Program-made: the position numbers and the translations under genes
The notes under the pieces: generated by a model
Databases searched by the model: none
Told to the model about the DNA's origin: nothing
The model's input: only the letters and a program-made list of their open reading frames with translations
Part shown: positions 27,319 to 35,660 of the stretch, piece by piece
Position numbering within the stretch: position 1 is the first letter of the stretch
Layout: each line of letters starts with the position of its first letter
From: Eubacteriales bacterium
Lineage (GTDB): Bacteria > Bacillota > Clostridia > Oscillospirales > CAG-272
Reading direction: 5' to 3'
NCBI GenBank assembly: GCA_045588165.1
Contig: JAZNDP010000015.1
Coordinates: 12,214 to 76,213 of the forward strand
Length of the DNA: 64,000 nt

Positions 27319-27966
27319 ATGCTTACAGTTAATGAATTGAAATTTGATGAAAAGGGTCTGATCCCCGCCGTTGTCGTGGATGCCGTATCCAAAAAAGTAC
27401 TGACGGTTGCATACATGAATCGGGAAAGTCTGGAGATCAGCATGAAGGAGGGAAGCACCTGCTTCTGGTCTCGCTCCAGACAATGTCTGTGGAGAAAAGG
27501 AGAAACCTCCGGAAACAAACAGCATATCGTCAGCATTACCACCGATTGCGACCGCGATGCGCTGACGGTTTCCGTATATAAGGATGGTCCCGCCTGCCAC
27601 CTTGGAACAGATTCCTGCTTCAACGAGGTAATTTACCAAGGAGAGTCGGAGGAATTTTCCCTGGAAGCTCTGATGAAGGTCATTGAGGGAAGAAAGCTGG
27701 AGAAAAAGGAAGGATCTTATACCACCTATTTGTTTGAAAAGGGAATTGACAAGATTCTTAAAAAGGTGGGAGAGGAATCCACCGAGGTCATCATTGCGGG
27801 AAAAGCCAACGATCGCGCGGAAACGATTTACGAAATCGCCGATCTTGTCTACCACGTGATGGTTCTGATGATCGAAATGGGAATTTCCTTGGAAGATATC
27901 AAGAGTGAGCTCGCCTCCAGACACGTCATTGATCACAAAGTGAAGCAAGAAAAGATGACGAAATAA
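27319..27966 (+). CDS. hisI: Bifunctional phosphoribosyl-AMP cyclohydrolase / phosphoribosyl-ATP pyrophosphatase
   Basis: 215 aa. N-terminal HisI ([23 protein letters not shown]) fused to C-terminal HisE (YTTYLFEKG...EE..E). Confidence 0.93.
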   Translation: MLTVNELKFDEKGLIPAVVVDAVSKKVLTVAYMNRESLEISMKEGSTCFWSRSRQCLWRKGETSGNKQHIVSITTDCDRDALTVSVYKDGPACHLGTDSCFNEVIYQGESEEFSLEALMKVIEGRKLEKKEGSYTTYLFEKGIDKILKKVGEESTEVIIAGKANDRAETIYEIADLVYHVMVLMIEMGISLEDIKSELASRHVIDHKVKQEKMTK

Positions 27967-28010
27967 CAAAAACTACCGATTGCGTTGCAATCGGTAGTTT
28001 TTGTTTTGAT
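27966..28010 (+). terminator. Rho-independent terminator of the his operon
   Basis: Perfect 18-bp stem ACAAAAACTACCGATTGC / GCAATCGGTAGTTTTTGT with a 3-nt loop, then TTTTG. Confidence 0.85.
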
Positions 28011-28091
28011 TGTCATCGCTCCCTAAGATCGGCTGTATTTTCATGTTTTTTGAGCAACAATTTCAATCAAACTATTCATGGAGGTGATTGA

Positions 28092-28880
28092 ATGAAAAAA
28101 AGAATTTGTGTTTATTTGTTTTCTGTTATTTCTATATTGATCATTGGTTCCATTACCGTTTCTGCGGTAAGTGAACCAATATTCAATTGGTATTGCAAAA
28201 GAAACAAGGAGCATAAACAACCAATTGCCGATGCATCCATGCAATGGATTGAAACTTACGGAGGATATTATATTGACCCTCAGCATGGGGATAACGACAA
28301 AGAAAAAGTAGTCTATCTTACTTTTGACGCGGGGTATGAAAACGGAAATATTGGAAAGATACTCGATATAATGAAAGAAGAACAAGTGACGGGAGCGTTT
28401 TTTGTTTTAAGTCATCTGGTCACCTCGCATCCCGATCTGATAAAAAGAATGGCAGACGAGGGGCATATCGTTGCCAATCATACGGCACATCACAAGGATA
28501 TGACGAAGCTCGATGATCTTGATGCCGTCAGAAAGGAATTAGATACGCTAAATGACCTGTACCGTGAGGTTACGGGCAAAGAACTTGCTAAATATTACCG
28601 TCCTCCGGAGGGAAAATTTGACCGACAATCCTTATCCTTTGTCCATCAGCTTGGATATAAGACCGTCTTTTGGAGTCTGGCATATGCCGATTGGGACAAT
28701 GAGAAGCAGCCATCATCGGAATCGGCAATGAATACGCTGATGACCTATATGCACAACGGCGCTGTCATTCTCTTGCATCCCACGTCCGCAACCAACTCGG
28801 CAATTCTCGAGGAATTTATTCAAGCGCTAAAAGAGCAAGGGTACCAATTCGGCACGCTGGATGAATTGACCCAAGCATAA
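28092..28880 (+). CDS. pdaA: Polysaccharide deacetylase, PdaA-like (delta-lactam-biosynthetic de-N-acetylase type)
   Basis: 262 aa with an N-terminal signal/anchor. LTFDAGYENG replaces the NodB TFDDG motif, as in the PdaA subfamily. Also has ANHTAHH and LLHP. Confidence 0.65.
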   Translation: MKKRICVYLFSVISILIIGSITVSAVSEPIFNWYCKRNKEHKQPIADASMQWIETYGGYYIDPQHGDNDKEKVVYLTFDAGYENGNIGKILDIMKEEQVTGAFFVLSHLVTSHPDLIKRMADEGHIVANHTAHHKDMTKLDDLDAVRKELDTLNDLYREVTGKELAKYYRPPEGKFDRQSLSFVHQLGYKTVFWSLAYADWDNEKQPSSESAMNTLMTYMHNGAVILLHPTSATNSAILEEFIQALKEQGYQFGTLDELTQA

Positions 28881-28908
28881 AAAAAGGATCGCGTACGCGA
28901 TCCTTTTT
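28881..28908. terminator. Bidirectional hairpin between convergent genes
   Basis: Palindrome AAAAAGGATCGCG TA CGCGATCCTTTTT with A/T runs on both sides. Confidence 0.7.
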
Positions 28909-28929
28909 GGTTGTTGATATTAATTATAC

Positions 28930-29907
28930 TTACTCATGATTGTCTGAAAATATCGCTTCATCCGTGTCAGCATCCTCGGTCTGATAGGGCTCGATCATGT
29001 AACGGTCAATAATCGGATACGCCGCATAGGAAGTAATAAACCCTATGGTAGCAAGTATATAAACGAAGGGAATGATCAACGGGAGGGAAATACCAAGAGG
29101 CATAAGCCAGAAGATCAAAAAGATGTGAAGAGCAAACAGTAACACCAGTCCGATTCCCGCCATCAGATTCCGCCTGATGCCAAGCACAGAGAAGATCAGT
29201 GCATTTTTCAGGATTTTCAAATTGGACAGGTCAAACGTGATCAACAAATGATAAATGTAGAAGCGCATAACGATATAGATCAGAGCAATTGCAAAGATAG
29301 CGAAATACATAAAGTCTGCGCCAAAGGAGCCTGTCTTATAATAGAAGAACAGGAAATCCACTATCAAAACCGCGCTGAAAATAAAGTCGATCAGACCCAT
29401 AAAAAACGCTTGCTTGAAATTTCGTTTGATGGCATAGAAGTAGTCGGAGAATACAAACACGGCATCCCCGCGCACCAATCCGCGAAGTACATATTTCGCG
29501 CCCACGTTCTGCCAACCCCAGGTAATTGCCAAAAACAATCCCAGAAGAATCATTGTAATCATCATCCAGGGATTGAACACAGGAACCTCCATCTGGATAC
29601 CCGCAAAATCCAGAGATTGCGCAAGGGAAGGGGACGGAAGAATTTTGGTCATGCCGTATAAGGGGGCAAAGCTTACCGATGTCACGGTAGGTGTTTTGGC
29701 ACCCAGAAAATAAATACCGAAAATCCCCAGCAAAGGAATAATCTGAAAAAGCATCAGCAGATTTAATTGAAGCAATTGGGTAAACTTTCTTCCCCAAAGG
29801 ACGAAAAAGAATTTCAGATTTGGCTTTCGGTTTTCCTTTTCATAAACACCTTTGCCGTCTCGATTCATGTCAAAGAGCTTAAACTTTTTTTCTTTCTTGT
29901 TTCTCAA
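28930..29907 (-). CDS. YesL/DUF624-like polytopic membrane protein
   Basis: 325 aa. The N-terminal pattern (basic start, GKGV..E....P.., FF...GRKF..L..LNLL.LF..IP) resembles DUF624 proteins. Multiple TM segments. Confidence 0.5.
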   Translation of the reverse strand: MRNKKEKKFKLFDMNRDGKGVYEKENRKPNLKFFFVLWGRKFTQLLQLNLLMLFQIIPLLGIFGIYFLGAKTPTVTSVSFAPLYGMTKILPSPSLAQSLDFAGIQMEVPVFNPWMMITMILLGLFLAITWGWQNVGAKYVLRGLVRGDAVFVFSDYFYAIKRNFKQAFFMGLIDFIFSAVLIVDFLFFYYKTGSFGADFMYFAIFAIALIYIVMRFYIYHLLITFDLSNLKILKNALIFSVLGIRRNLMAGIGLVLLFALHIFLIFWLMPLGISLPLIIPFVYILATIGFITSYAAYPIIDRYMIEPYQTEDADTDEAIFSDNHE

Positions 29908-29930
29908 AATTCTATTTCCTTATCTAATCT

Positions 29931-30749
29931 TTATTTATTTTTTGCGCCAAGCTCGTTCGCGCGATTGGTGCAGGCGAGCATTGCTTGTTCAACGGCTTCA
30001 CTTAAGTGATACTCGTCTAATTTTTCCAGCGCGCGCTCCGTGGTTCCTCCTTTGGAAGCCACTCTGGAAATCCACATATCAGGAGTATCCTTGGATCCCT
30101 TCAACAGCATGGCAGAGCCAATGACCATATCGCAAATGATATTGAGCAAATCCCGATCGGGAATTTTTTGAACAAGCGCCCCTTGATAGATCGCATTAAT
30201 AAACTGAAATACATAGGCGGGAGAGGAGGAGGTTACACCGATCATTCGGTTCATTTCTTCCTCGTTGATCAAAACGATGCTTCCCGCGCATTGAAATACA
30301 GAACAGACGAAGTCAAAATCCGAAGGGTTGGAAAGGGGATTTTCACAAATCAATGATACGCCCTGTCCTATCAACATCGGAACGTTGGGAAGAACACGGA
30401 TCACACATGCATCACTCAAGGCGGCGGAAATATCGGTGACCGCAATTCCCGCGGCAATAGAGATATAAAGCTTCTTTTCGTGTCCGTCAACGGAAGAAAT
30501 CTCCTGAAGAACTTCGGGAAAATTCTGGGGCTTGACCGAAAGAAGCACACAATCCGCTTCGGAAACCGCATCCGCAATGGTCAATACGGAACGATAGGGA
30601 ATGGAAGAATTTGTGGGAAGATCCGTATATTGATTGGAATTTTTATCATAAAGCAAAATTTCGGAAATAGATATGCCATGAGCAACAACGCCTGAGATAA
30701 TGGCCTTTGCCATGTTTCCTACGCCAATTACAGCAAGTTTTCGATTCAT
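29931..30749 (-). CDS. proC: Pyrroline-5-carboxylate reductase
   Basis: NAD(P)-binding KLAVIGVGNMA and the C-terminal P5CR signature SKGGTTE. ATG 30749 preferred (GAGGTG RBS). Confidence 0.9.
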   Translation of the reverse strand: MNRKLAVIGVGNMAKAIISGVVAHGISISEILLYDKNSNQYTDLPTNSSIPYRSVLTIADAVSEADCVLLSVKPQNFPEVLQEISSVDGHEKKLYISIAAGIAVTDISAALSDACVIRVLPNVPMLIGQGVSLICENPLSNPSDFDFVCSVFQCAGSIVLINEEEMNRMIGVTSSSPAYVFQFINAIYQGALVQKIPDRDLLNIICDMVIGSAMLLKGSKDTPDMWISRVASKGGTTERALEKLDEYHLSEAVEQAMLACTNRANELGAKNK

Positions 30750-30825
30750 TCTGTTCACCTCGCCATCTTAAATTTCATTATATCATACTTTTTTTAACAA
30801 AAGATAAATTCTTATGGTTTATTTT

Positions 30826-31602
30826 TTAAAGATCTCGGTTATACCGTAAAATTTCAAAAGCAAAAACCGCTGTAGCGGCAGAGGTAGACAAGGATCCGCC
30901 AAAGGTACCTCCGTAATCGATTCTTACGATTTTATCTGCCATGTCCAATACCGATCTGGAAATTCCTCTTTTTTCGCCCCCCAAAATAACCAAAAGCGGT
31001 TTTTGAAGGGGAATATCAAACAGGGAAACGGAATCGCGGATTCCCGCGCACAGAACGGTATAGCCTTTTTCCTTAAACATGGGAATTGCTACGGTGGGAT
31101 TGGCAACGTAAAGCTTCATCAACTCGGATGTCCCCGCGGAGGAACGGGCAACCACGCCGGCAGCCCCCATCCAATTGCGCTCTCCCAAAACCAAGCCGTC
31201 AACACCCGCCGCGTAAAGAGAACGAACCGCATATCCAAAATTATAAGGGTCCTCTACGCCGTCTAAAATAAAATATACGCCGTTTTCTTGAATGGAATGA
31301 GGAGACAGAGGGGGAAGGATTCGATCGGTACAGAGGGCAATAATACCGCCATGGCTGGTACCAACGCACAGCTCGTCAATAACAGAACGTTCTGTAAATT
31401 CAACCTCGAAGGACAGCTCACGGGCCTTTGCCTGCAGGAAGCCAAGCTCCCGTCTCTTTGAATCGACCTTTTCCCGATCAAAAAGAACACGAAGGATCCG
31501 TCTGTCATTGGTCTGCGCCTCAATTCCTTTCAAAAGCGCAGAAATGGAAGGCATCCCCTCCAAAATATCCGATTCAGAAAATTTCTTGATTTCCTTTTGC
31601 AT
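30826..31602 (-). CDS. SpoU/TrmH-family RNA 2'-O-ribose methyltransferase (RlmB-like)
   Basis: SpoU motifs LDGVEDPYNFG, ILGGEKRGIS and a knot-region C-terminus. ATG at 31602 preferred over the longer ORF. Confidence 0.8.
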   Translation of the reverse strand: MQKEIKKFSESDILEGMPSISALLKGIEAQTNDRRILRVLFDREKVDSKRRELGFLQAKARELSFEVEFTERSVIDELCVGTSHGGIIALCTDRILPPLSPHSIQENGVYFILDGVEDPYNFGYAVRSLYAAGVDGLVLGERNWMGAAGVVARSSAGTSELMKLYVANPTVAIPMFKEKGYTVLCAGIRDSVSLFDIPLQKPLLVILGGEKRGISRSVLDMADKIVRIDYGGTFGGSLSTSAATAVFAFEILRYNRDL

Positions 31603-31689
31603 AAAAAATCCTTTGAAATAATAATAAAATAGAGAAAAAGAAGCATATATTGGTAAGGAATAAACCAATTGGTAAAGAAGGGATTCGCT

Positions 31690-31950
31690 ATGATGTATAT
31701 TTCATCCGGCAAGGAACGATGTGTAACACTTGCGACGTATCTGGTGGAAAATCATACGACTGTACGGGCTGTTGCCGCACAGTTTGGAATCAGTAAAAGT
31801 ACGGTACATAAAGATATTACTCAGCACTTAAAGCGGGTCAATCGCCCCTTGTATGAGCAAGCAAAAACCGTTTTAGAACAAAATAAAAAAGAAAGACATC
31901 TACGCGGAGGCGAAGCCACCAAGCAAAAATACAAGCATGAGAGTCATTAG
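31690..31950 (+). CDS. spoIIID: Sporulation transcriptional regulator SpoIIID
   Basis: HTH VRAVAAQFGISKSTVHKDI and the C-terminal basic region RHLRGGEATKQKYK match SpoIIID. ATG 31690 or 31693 is the likely start. Confidence 0.9.
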   Translation: MMYISSGKERCVTLATYLVENHTTVRAVAAQFGISKSTVHKDITQHLKRVNRPLYEQAKTVLEQNKKERHLRGGEATKQKYKHESH

Positions 31951-31959
31951 TTCTACTTG

Positions 31960-32661
31960 TTATTTTGGCAATGGAAGAATATGGAATTTTGATTGATGGA
32001 TATTCCGACAAAGCGCAACGTATAACTCATTACCGAGCCTGCGTTTCAGATCCTCAAATCCCTCCATTACACCTGCATAATCGGAAAGAGAGTGGGAAAT
32101 GCAGGGAAGAAGGGGCGTATTTCTTTTAATCAAATCAGACAATGCCTCCCGAGAGGAGATCGAAGTAATATAATTGAGATCGATACATGCCCGAAAGGAT
32201 TTGGAGGACATCAGTCGATTCAGCTGATCCTCGGGATTTGTTTTTAAGTTGGATTCAAAGCAACTGAAAATCGGCCGGCAATGCTGACGAAATATAATAC
32301 CGTTCAGATCAGTATTGATCCAATCCTCCTCACAGAAAATGGGAAGCCGTAAGAAGATAGCGTCACTTCGGTTGACAGTCATACGCGAAAGGAACGGTTC
32401 AGAGGAAATACCTTCGGTCATCAGCACATCTGCACAAACGAAATATTTGATACCGCGTGGACAATTGGCGCGAATCAGCTGTTTGATTTGGCGAATGCGA
32501 TCCTGCATCATCGAAACTGTTAGATGATTGTGATCAAAGGATACGGTAAACACAAAGGTTCGAATACCAATCTCGCAAAAATAAGAAAACGTCTCCTTTA
32601 GCACAGAATCGTTCAGATGCTGATTTGAGACAATGAGATAGTCAAAATCTAACACGGACAC
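31960..32661 (-). CDS. Hypothetical protein; possible degenerate CpsB/YwqE-like PHP-fold protein
   Basis: 233 aa. Block-wise resemblance to the PHP-type tyrosine phosphatase layout, but most metal-ligand His/Asp positions appear substituted. Judged by eye only. Confidence 0.3.
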   Translation of the reverse strand: MSVLDFDYLIVSNQHLNDSVLKETFSYFCEIGIRTFVFTVSFDHNHLTVSMMQDRIRQIKQLIRANCPRGIKYFVCADVLMTEGISSEPFLSRMTVNRSDAIFLRLPIFCEEDWINTDLNGIIFRQHCRPIFSCFESNLKTNPEDQLNRLMSSKSFRACIDLNYITSISSREALSDLIKRNTPLLPCISHSLSDYAGVMEGFEDLKRRLGNELYVALCRNIHQSKFHILPLPK

Positions 32662-32722
32662 AGAAGGGGACCTCCGCTTCGTAAGTCATGGATACGTTGA
32701 TTTTAAAATTTCATTCCCGAAA

Positions 32723-32758
32723 CCTAATTATACAAAATGCAAATTTTGTATAATTAGG
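32723..32758. repeat. Perfect 16-bp AT-rich palindrome (possible operator / back-to-back -10 boxes)
   Basis: CCTAATTATACAAAAT GCAA ATTTTGTATAATTAGG. Each arm carries TATAAT in the outward direction. Confidence 0.9.
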
Positions 32759-32907
32759 GGGATAGTTTTTAGAATAAACCCGCCTTGAATACTTTCAAAT
32801 ATACCGTAATTTTATCATATTCCAAAGGAATTGTCAAGGCATCGAATCTCTATTTTTGACTGATCTGTAAATCTTCTTCTCCAATCGACAATTTTTCCAA
32901 AAAACTA

Positions 32908-32936
32908 TTGATTATTTATTCCTTTCTTGATATAAT
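32908..32936 (+). promoter_or_regulatory. Putative sigma-A promoter
   Basis: TTGATT - 17 nt - TATAAT, 39 nt upstream of ATG 32975. Confidence 0.55.
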
Positions 32937-32974
32937 GAACATATCAATAATTTGTTTGGAGGATTCAATCTACT

Positions 32975-33409
32975 ATGGCACTGAAAATGAGATTTTTGTA
33001 TTACTCCGGTAAAGCCAAGATGCAAGCAATGGCTGAGATCGTGAAAAAGGAGTTTGATCTTTCGCAGAATCACAATGCGATCGACATCATTCCTCCCGCA
33101 TACTCTTGTGAAAATGAAAGATTGGTTATTCTTGCTGTTTCCGGTAAGGGTGAGCCTGATGACGTGCTGCGCCGCTTCTGCTTCGAGCTCAACAAGAAAA
33201 AGGCTCAGAACGTAGCTCTGCTGGTTGACGGCGACGAAAAGATCGCGAATAAACTGCTGGAGGTTCTGCGCGAGACAGGAACCAATGTAATCAACGACGT
33301 CAAGTACATCAAGATCAGCGGTCTTCCTTTCTTTGGCGGTAAGGTTACCGAGGAGGAAAAGCAAGATCTTGTTACTTGGGTACGCTCTATCATTGATCAG
33401 CTTCAATAA
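32975..33409 (+). CDS. Hypothetical protein, flavodoxin-like size and layout without the usual FMN phosphate-binding loop
   Basis: 144 aa. Alternating beta/alpha pattern, but the N-terminal loop reads YYSGKAKMQ rather than S/T-x-T-G-x-T. Confidence 0.35.
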   Translation: MALKMRFLYYSGKAKMQAMAEIVKKEFDLSQNHNAIDIIPPAYSCENERLVILAVSGKGEPDDVLRRFCFELNKKKAQNVALLVDGDEKIANKLLEVLRETGTNVINDVKYIKISGLPFFGGKVTEEEKQDLVTWVRSIIDQLQ

Positions 33410-33415
33410 TGCTAA

Positions 33416-33432
33416 AAATTTTGTATAATTAG
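33416..33432 (+). repeat. Third copy of the palindrome arm (17-nt exact direct repeat of 32741-32757)
   Basis: AAATTTTGTATAATTAG is identical at both sites. This copy sits 7 nt after the 32975-33409 stop codon. Confidence 0.9.
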
Positions 33433-33463
33433 ATCATTCTTCACTTTGCAAAATGATAAACTA

Positions 33464-33505
33464 AAAAGTGCTACACAGACAGAACTCTGTGTAGCGCTTT
33501 TTATT
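33464..33505. terminator. Bidirectional terminator between convergent genes
   Basis: Stem of about 15 bp (AAAAGTGCTACACAG / CTGTGTAGCGCTTTT, one G-U pair) with an 8-nt loop and A/T runs on both sides. Confidence 0.8.
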
Positions 33506-33509
33506 TGTT

Positions 33510-34451
33510 TTAATAAAAGGTTGCCACCTCTTGCTTGGGCGGAACGGCAAATTCCGTACTTTCAACATAAAGAACAGGTCCCGGCTGACGGTACAAACTA
33601 TGTCGTTCGATTTTGATCGATCCTTTCACCGTGATCCAGCTCCTTGCCTTCAGCATAATCGGTTCCTTAAAAATACAGATCAACCCGCTGAACTGAATAT
33701 CATCTACACAACAAGTCATTACGTGACGACCTAAAATCACGGCATTTTTGGGCAACCGTGGATCGGGTGCAACCATTCCCTTGAATTTTACTGTTTTTCC
33801 TTGATAGGTATTCATTTCCTCGGAAAGATCTCTATACCAAAGCGCATAATCCTCGTCCGCGATTTCTATCACGGGAGCATTTACATCAAACGGCAACGGA
33901 TCCTCGATGTCATCATATTCCACATGTCCGTCAGGATAATCATATACAATAGCAATTCGTCGCGAAATACCTCTAACGATCTTATGAATCTCCTCCTTAT
34001 CAATGGCGTCCGAGGCACGGTTCAGAACAATCATTTCCGCGTCACGAAGCTTATCCACGGTAAGCTGGCGAAGGTTGTTATTGTAGCGGATGAAGGTATT
34101 GGCATCGGCAAACATCATATTCTGGTAAATTGCCCAGCTGGCAGGCATTGCCGCATAAAGTGTTTGCAACGACCACATTCCGTTGTATTCGACAATGATG
34201 CGATCTATTCGTTTGTTTCTGGTAATTTCTTCCAGATTTTCTCTGGTGATCCAACTCTCGTCTTCCACAACGTGAATCTTTACGTTGTGTCCCCAAAAGC
34301 GAGAAGGATCCAATTCCTCAATTCCCTCCTCACAAAGAAGGACCAGAGTTTTTTCCCCGCTGTTAAAGTTTTCATCATTCAGAGATTCCTGAATAATAGA
34401 GGTCTTCCCTCCCTCTAAAAATCCGGTAAAAAGGTATACGGGTAATTTCAT
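33510..34451 (-). CDS. CobW-like P-loop domain fused to a DUF1980-like C-terminal domain
   Basis: 313 aa. N-terminal GFLEGGKTS Walker A but no CxCC motif. The C-terminal GRHVMTCCVDDIQFSG resembles the conserved CC-containing segment of DUF1980/TIGR03943 proteins. Confidence 0.55.
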   Translation of the reverse strand: MKLPVYLFTGFLEGGKTSIIQESLNDENFNSGEKTLVLLCEEGIEELDPSRFWGHNVKIHVVEDESWITRENLEEITRNKRIDRIIVEYNGMWSLQTLYAAMPASWAIYQNMMFADANTFIRYNNNLRQLTVDKLRDAEMIVLNRASDAIDKEEIHKIVRGISRRIAIVYDYPDGHVEYDDIEDPLPFDVNAPVIEIADEDYALWYRDLSEEMNTYQGKTVKFKGMVAPDPRLPKNAVILGRHVMTCCVDDIQFSGLICIFKEPIMLKARSWITVKGSIKIERHSLYRQPGPVLYVESTEFAVPPKQEVATFY

Positions 34452-34455
34452 GAAA

Positions 34456-35586
34456 TCACTCCTTCAGCGTACTGTGAAACAAATTTTCCAGCGCTTCCTC
34501 GTCGATCTTCGAGCCAATCACACAAAGCTTTCCGATGGGAGCAGCACTTCCCTTTCTCACGTTGATCTCTCCGGGAATATAATCGAAATGGAGCCATTCG
34601 CCGTTCTCCGATTCTACAATTCCCTTTGCGCGAAGAATGATGCCGTAAACGTCATCGTACTTCAATGCGCTCAGTATATCTTCAATCTCCTCGGCATCAA
34701 ATTTGCGCAGAGTTTCCATTCCCCATGAGGTAAATACCTCCTCTGCGTGGTGGTGATGATGATGATCATGGTTACATCCGCAATGCTCATGGTGATGTTC
34801 GTGATGCTCATGGTGATGCTCTTGCTCGTGCTCACACTCACAATGCTCATGATGAGCATGATGATGGTGGTGATGATATTCATGCTCGCAGTCACAATGC
34901 TCGTGGTGATCGTGATCGTGATGGTGTTCATGATCATGGTGATGCCCACATTCAGGACACACCGTTTCCGCAGCCAATTCCTCTTCCAAAGAAGATTTAT
35001 TTTCCATGGCATGAATCAAGGTATGAATATCCAAGGATGAAGCGGGAGTGGTTACGATGACTGCTTTATCATTGTGCTGACGGACCAGCGCCAGCGCCTC
35101 CTGCAGCTTGTGATCTGTGGTTTTATCTGTATGGCTGAACACAATGCACTTTGCATGAACGATTTGGTCATTAAAAAACTCACCAAAATTCTTCATATAC
35201 ATTTTACACTTGTTGACGTCCACCACTACTGTTGCGCTGTTTATCTCCACTCCCTCCAGCTCCGCCTCCAGAACCGCCTTGGTGACGTCACTAAGCTTTC
35301 CTACGCCGGAAGGCTCGATCAAAATACGATCGGGCTGATACTCGGCAATTACCTGTGACAATGCCCTGCTGAAATCACCAACTAAGGAACAGCAGATGCA
35401 TCCCGAATTCATTTCAGCCACCCGAACACCGGTATCCTTTAAAAATCCTCCGTCAACGCCAATCTCGCCAAACTCATTTTCTATCAAAACAAGCTTCTCT
35501 CCCGCGTGCGCCTCACCAATCAGGCGATTGATCAGCGTAGTCTTTCCCGCGCCCAAAAAGCCCGATATAATATCAATTTTGACCAT
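34456..35586 (-). CDS. COG0523 (CobW/ZigA/YeiR-type) G3E GTPase metallochaperone with His/Cys-rich insert
   Basis: Walker A GFLGAGKTT, metal-binding GCICCS, EPSGVG, a 71-residue H/C/E/D-rich linker and a CobW_C-like end. ATG 35586 (GAGGA RBS) lies downstream of the fba terminator. Confidence 0.85.
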   Translation of the reverse strand: MVKIDIISGFLGAGKTTLINRLIGEAHAGEKLVLIENEFGEIGVDGGFLKDTGVRVAEMNSGCICCSLVGDFSRALSQVIAEYQPDRILIEPSGVGKLSDVTKAVLEAELEGVEINSATVVVDVNKCKMYMKNFGEFFNDQIVHAKCIVFSHTDKTTDHKLQEALALVRQHNDKAVIVTTPASSLDIHTLIHAMENKSSLEEELAAETVCPECGHHHDHEHHHDHDHHEHCDCEHEYHHHHHHAHHEHCECEHEQEHHHEHHEHHHEHCGCNHDHHHHHHAEEVFTSWGMETLRKFDAEEIEDILSALKYDDVYGIILRAKGIVESENGEWLHFDYIPGEINVRKGSAAPIGKLCVIGSKIDEEALENLFHSTLKE

Positions 35587-35623
35587 ACTTATTTTCCTCA
35601 TTAAAAATCGTTTATTTATGGAA

Positions 35624-35650
35624 ACAGAGGTTGCCTTCGGCAACCTCTGT
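35624..35650 (-). terminator. Hairpin terminator after fba
   Basis: 12-bp stem ACAGAGGTTGCC / GGCAACCTCTGT with a short loop. The U-run on the minus strand is weak. Confidence 0.6.
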
Positions 35651-35660
35651 GTTTATTGTC

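Noticed and set aside
30826-31668. N-terminally extended versions of several track ORFs: 31668 rlmB-like, 35643 COG0523, 36557 fba, 17807 HprK-like, 9970 PHP, 58315 ABC exporter, 48428 ligase-like and 50954 ABC ATPase.
   Set aside because: The extensions lack RBSs and either run through terminators or overlap upstream genes extensively. Internal starts with GGAGG-type RBSs fit the conserved N-termini better.
34671-35040. ORFs encoding MVVMMMIMV... and a His/Ile/Thr-rich peptide overlapping the COG0523 His tract.
   Set aside because: These are frame-shifted or antisense readings of the CAY/GAR low-complexity DNA. The COG0523 frame is continuous with clear GTPase and CobW_C-like domains on both sides.
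35603-35620. Zur-box-like sequence AAATCGTTTATTTAT in front of the COG0523 gene.
   Set aside because: It shares only the TCGT core and AT-richness with the TCGTAAT-N-ATTACGA type palindrome and has no dyad symmetry.
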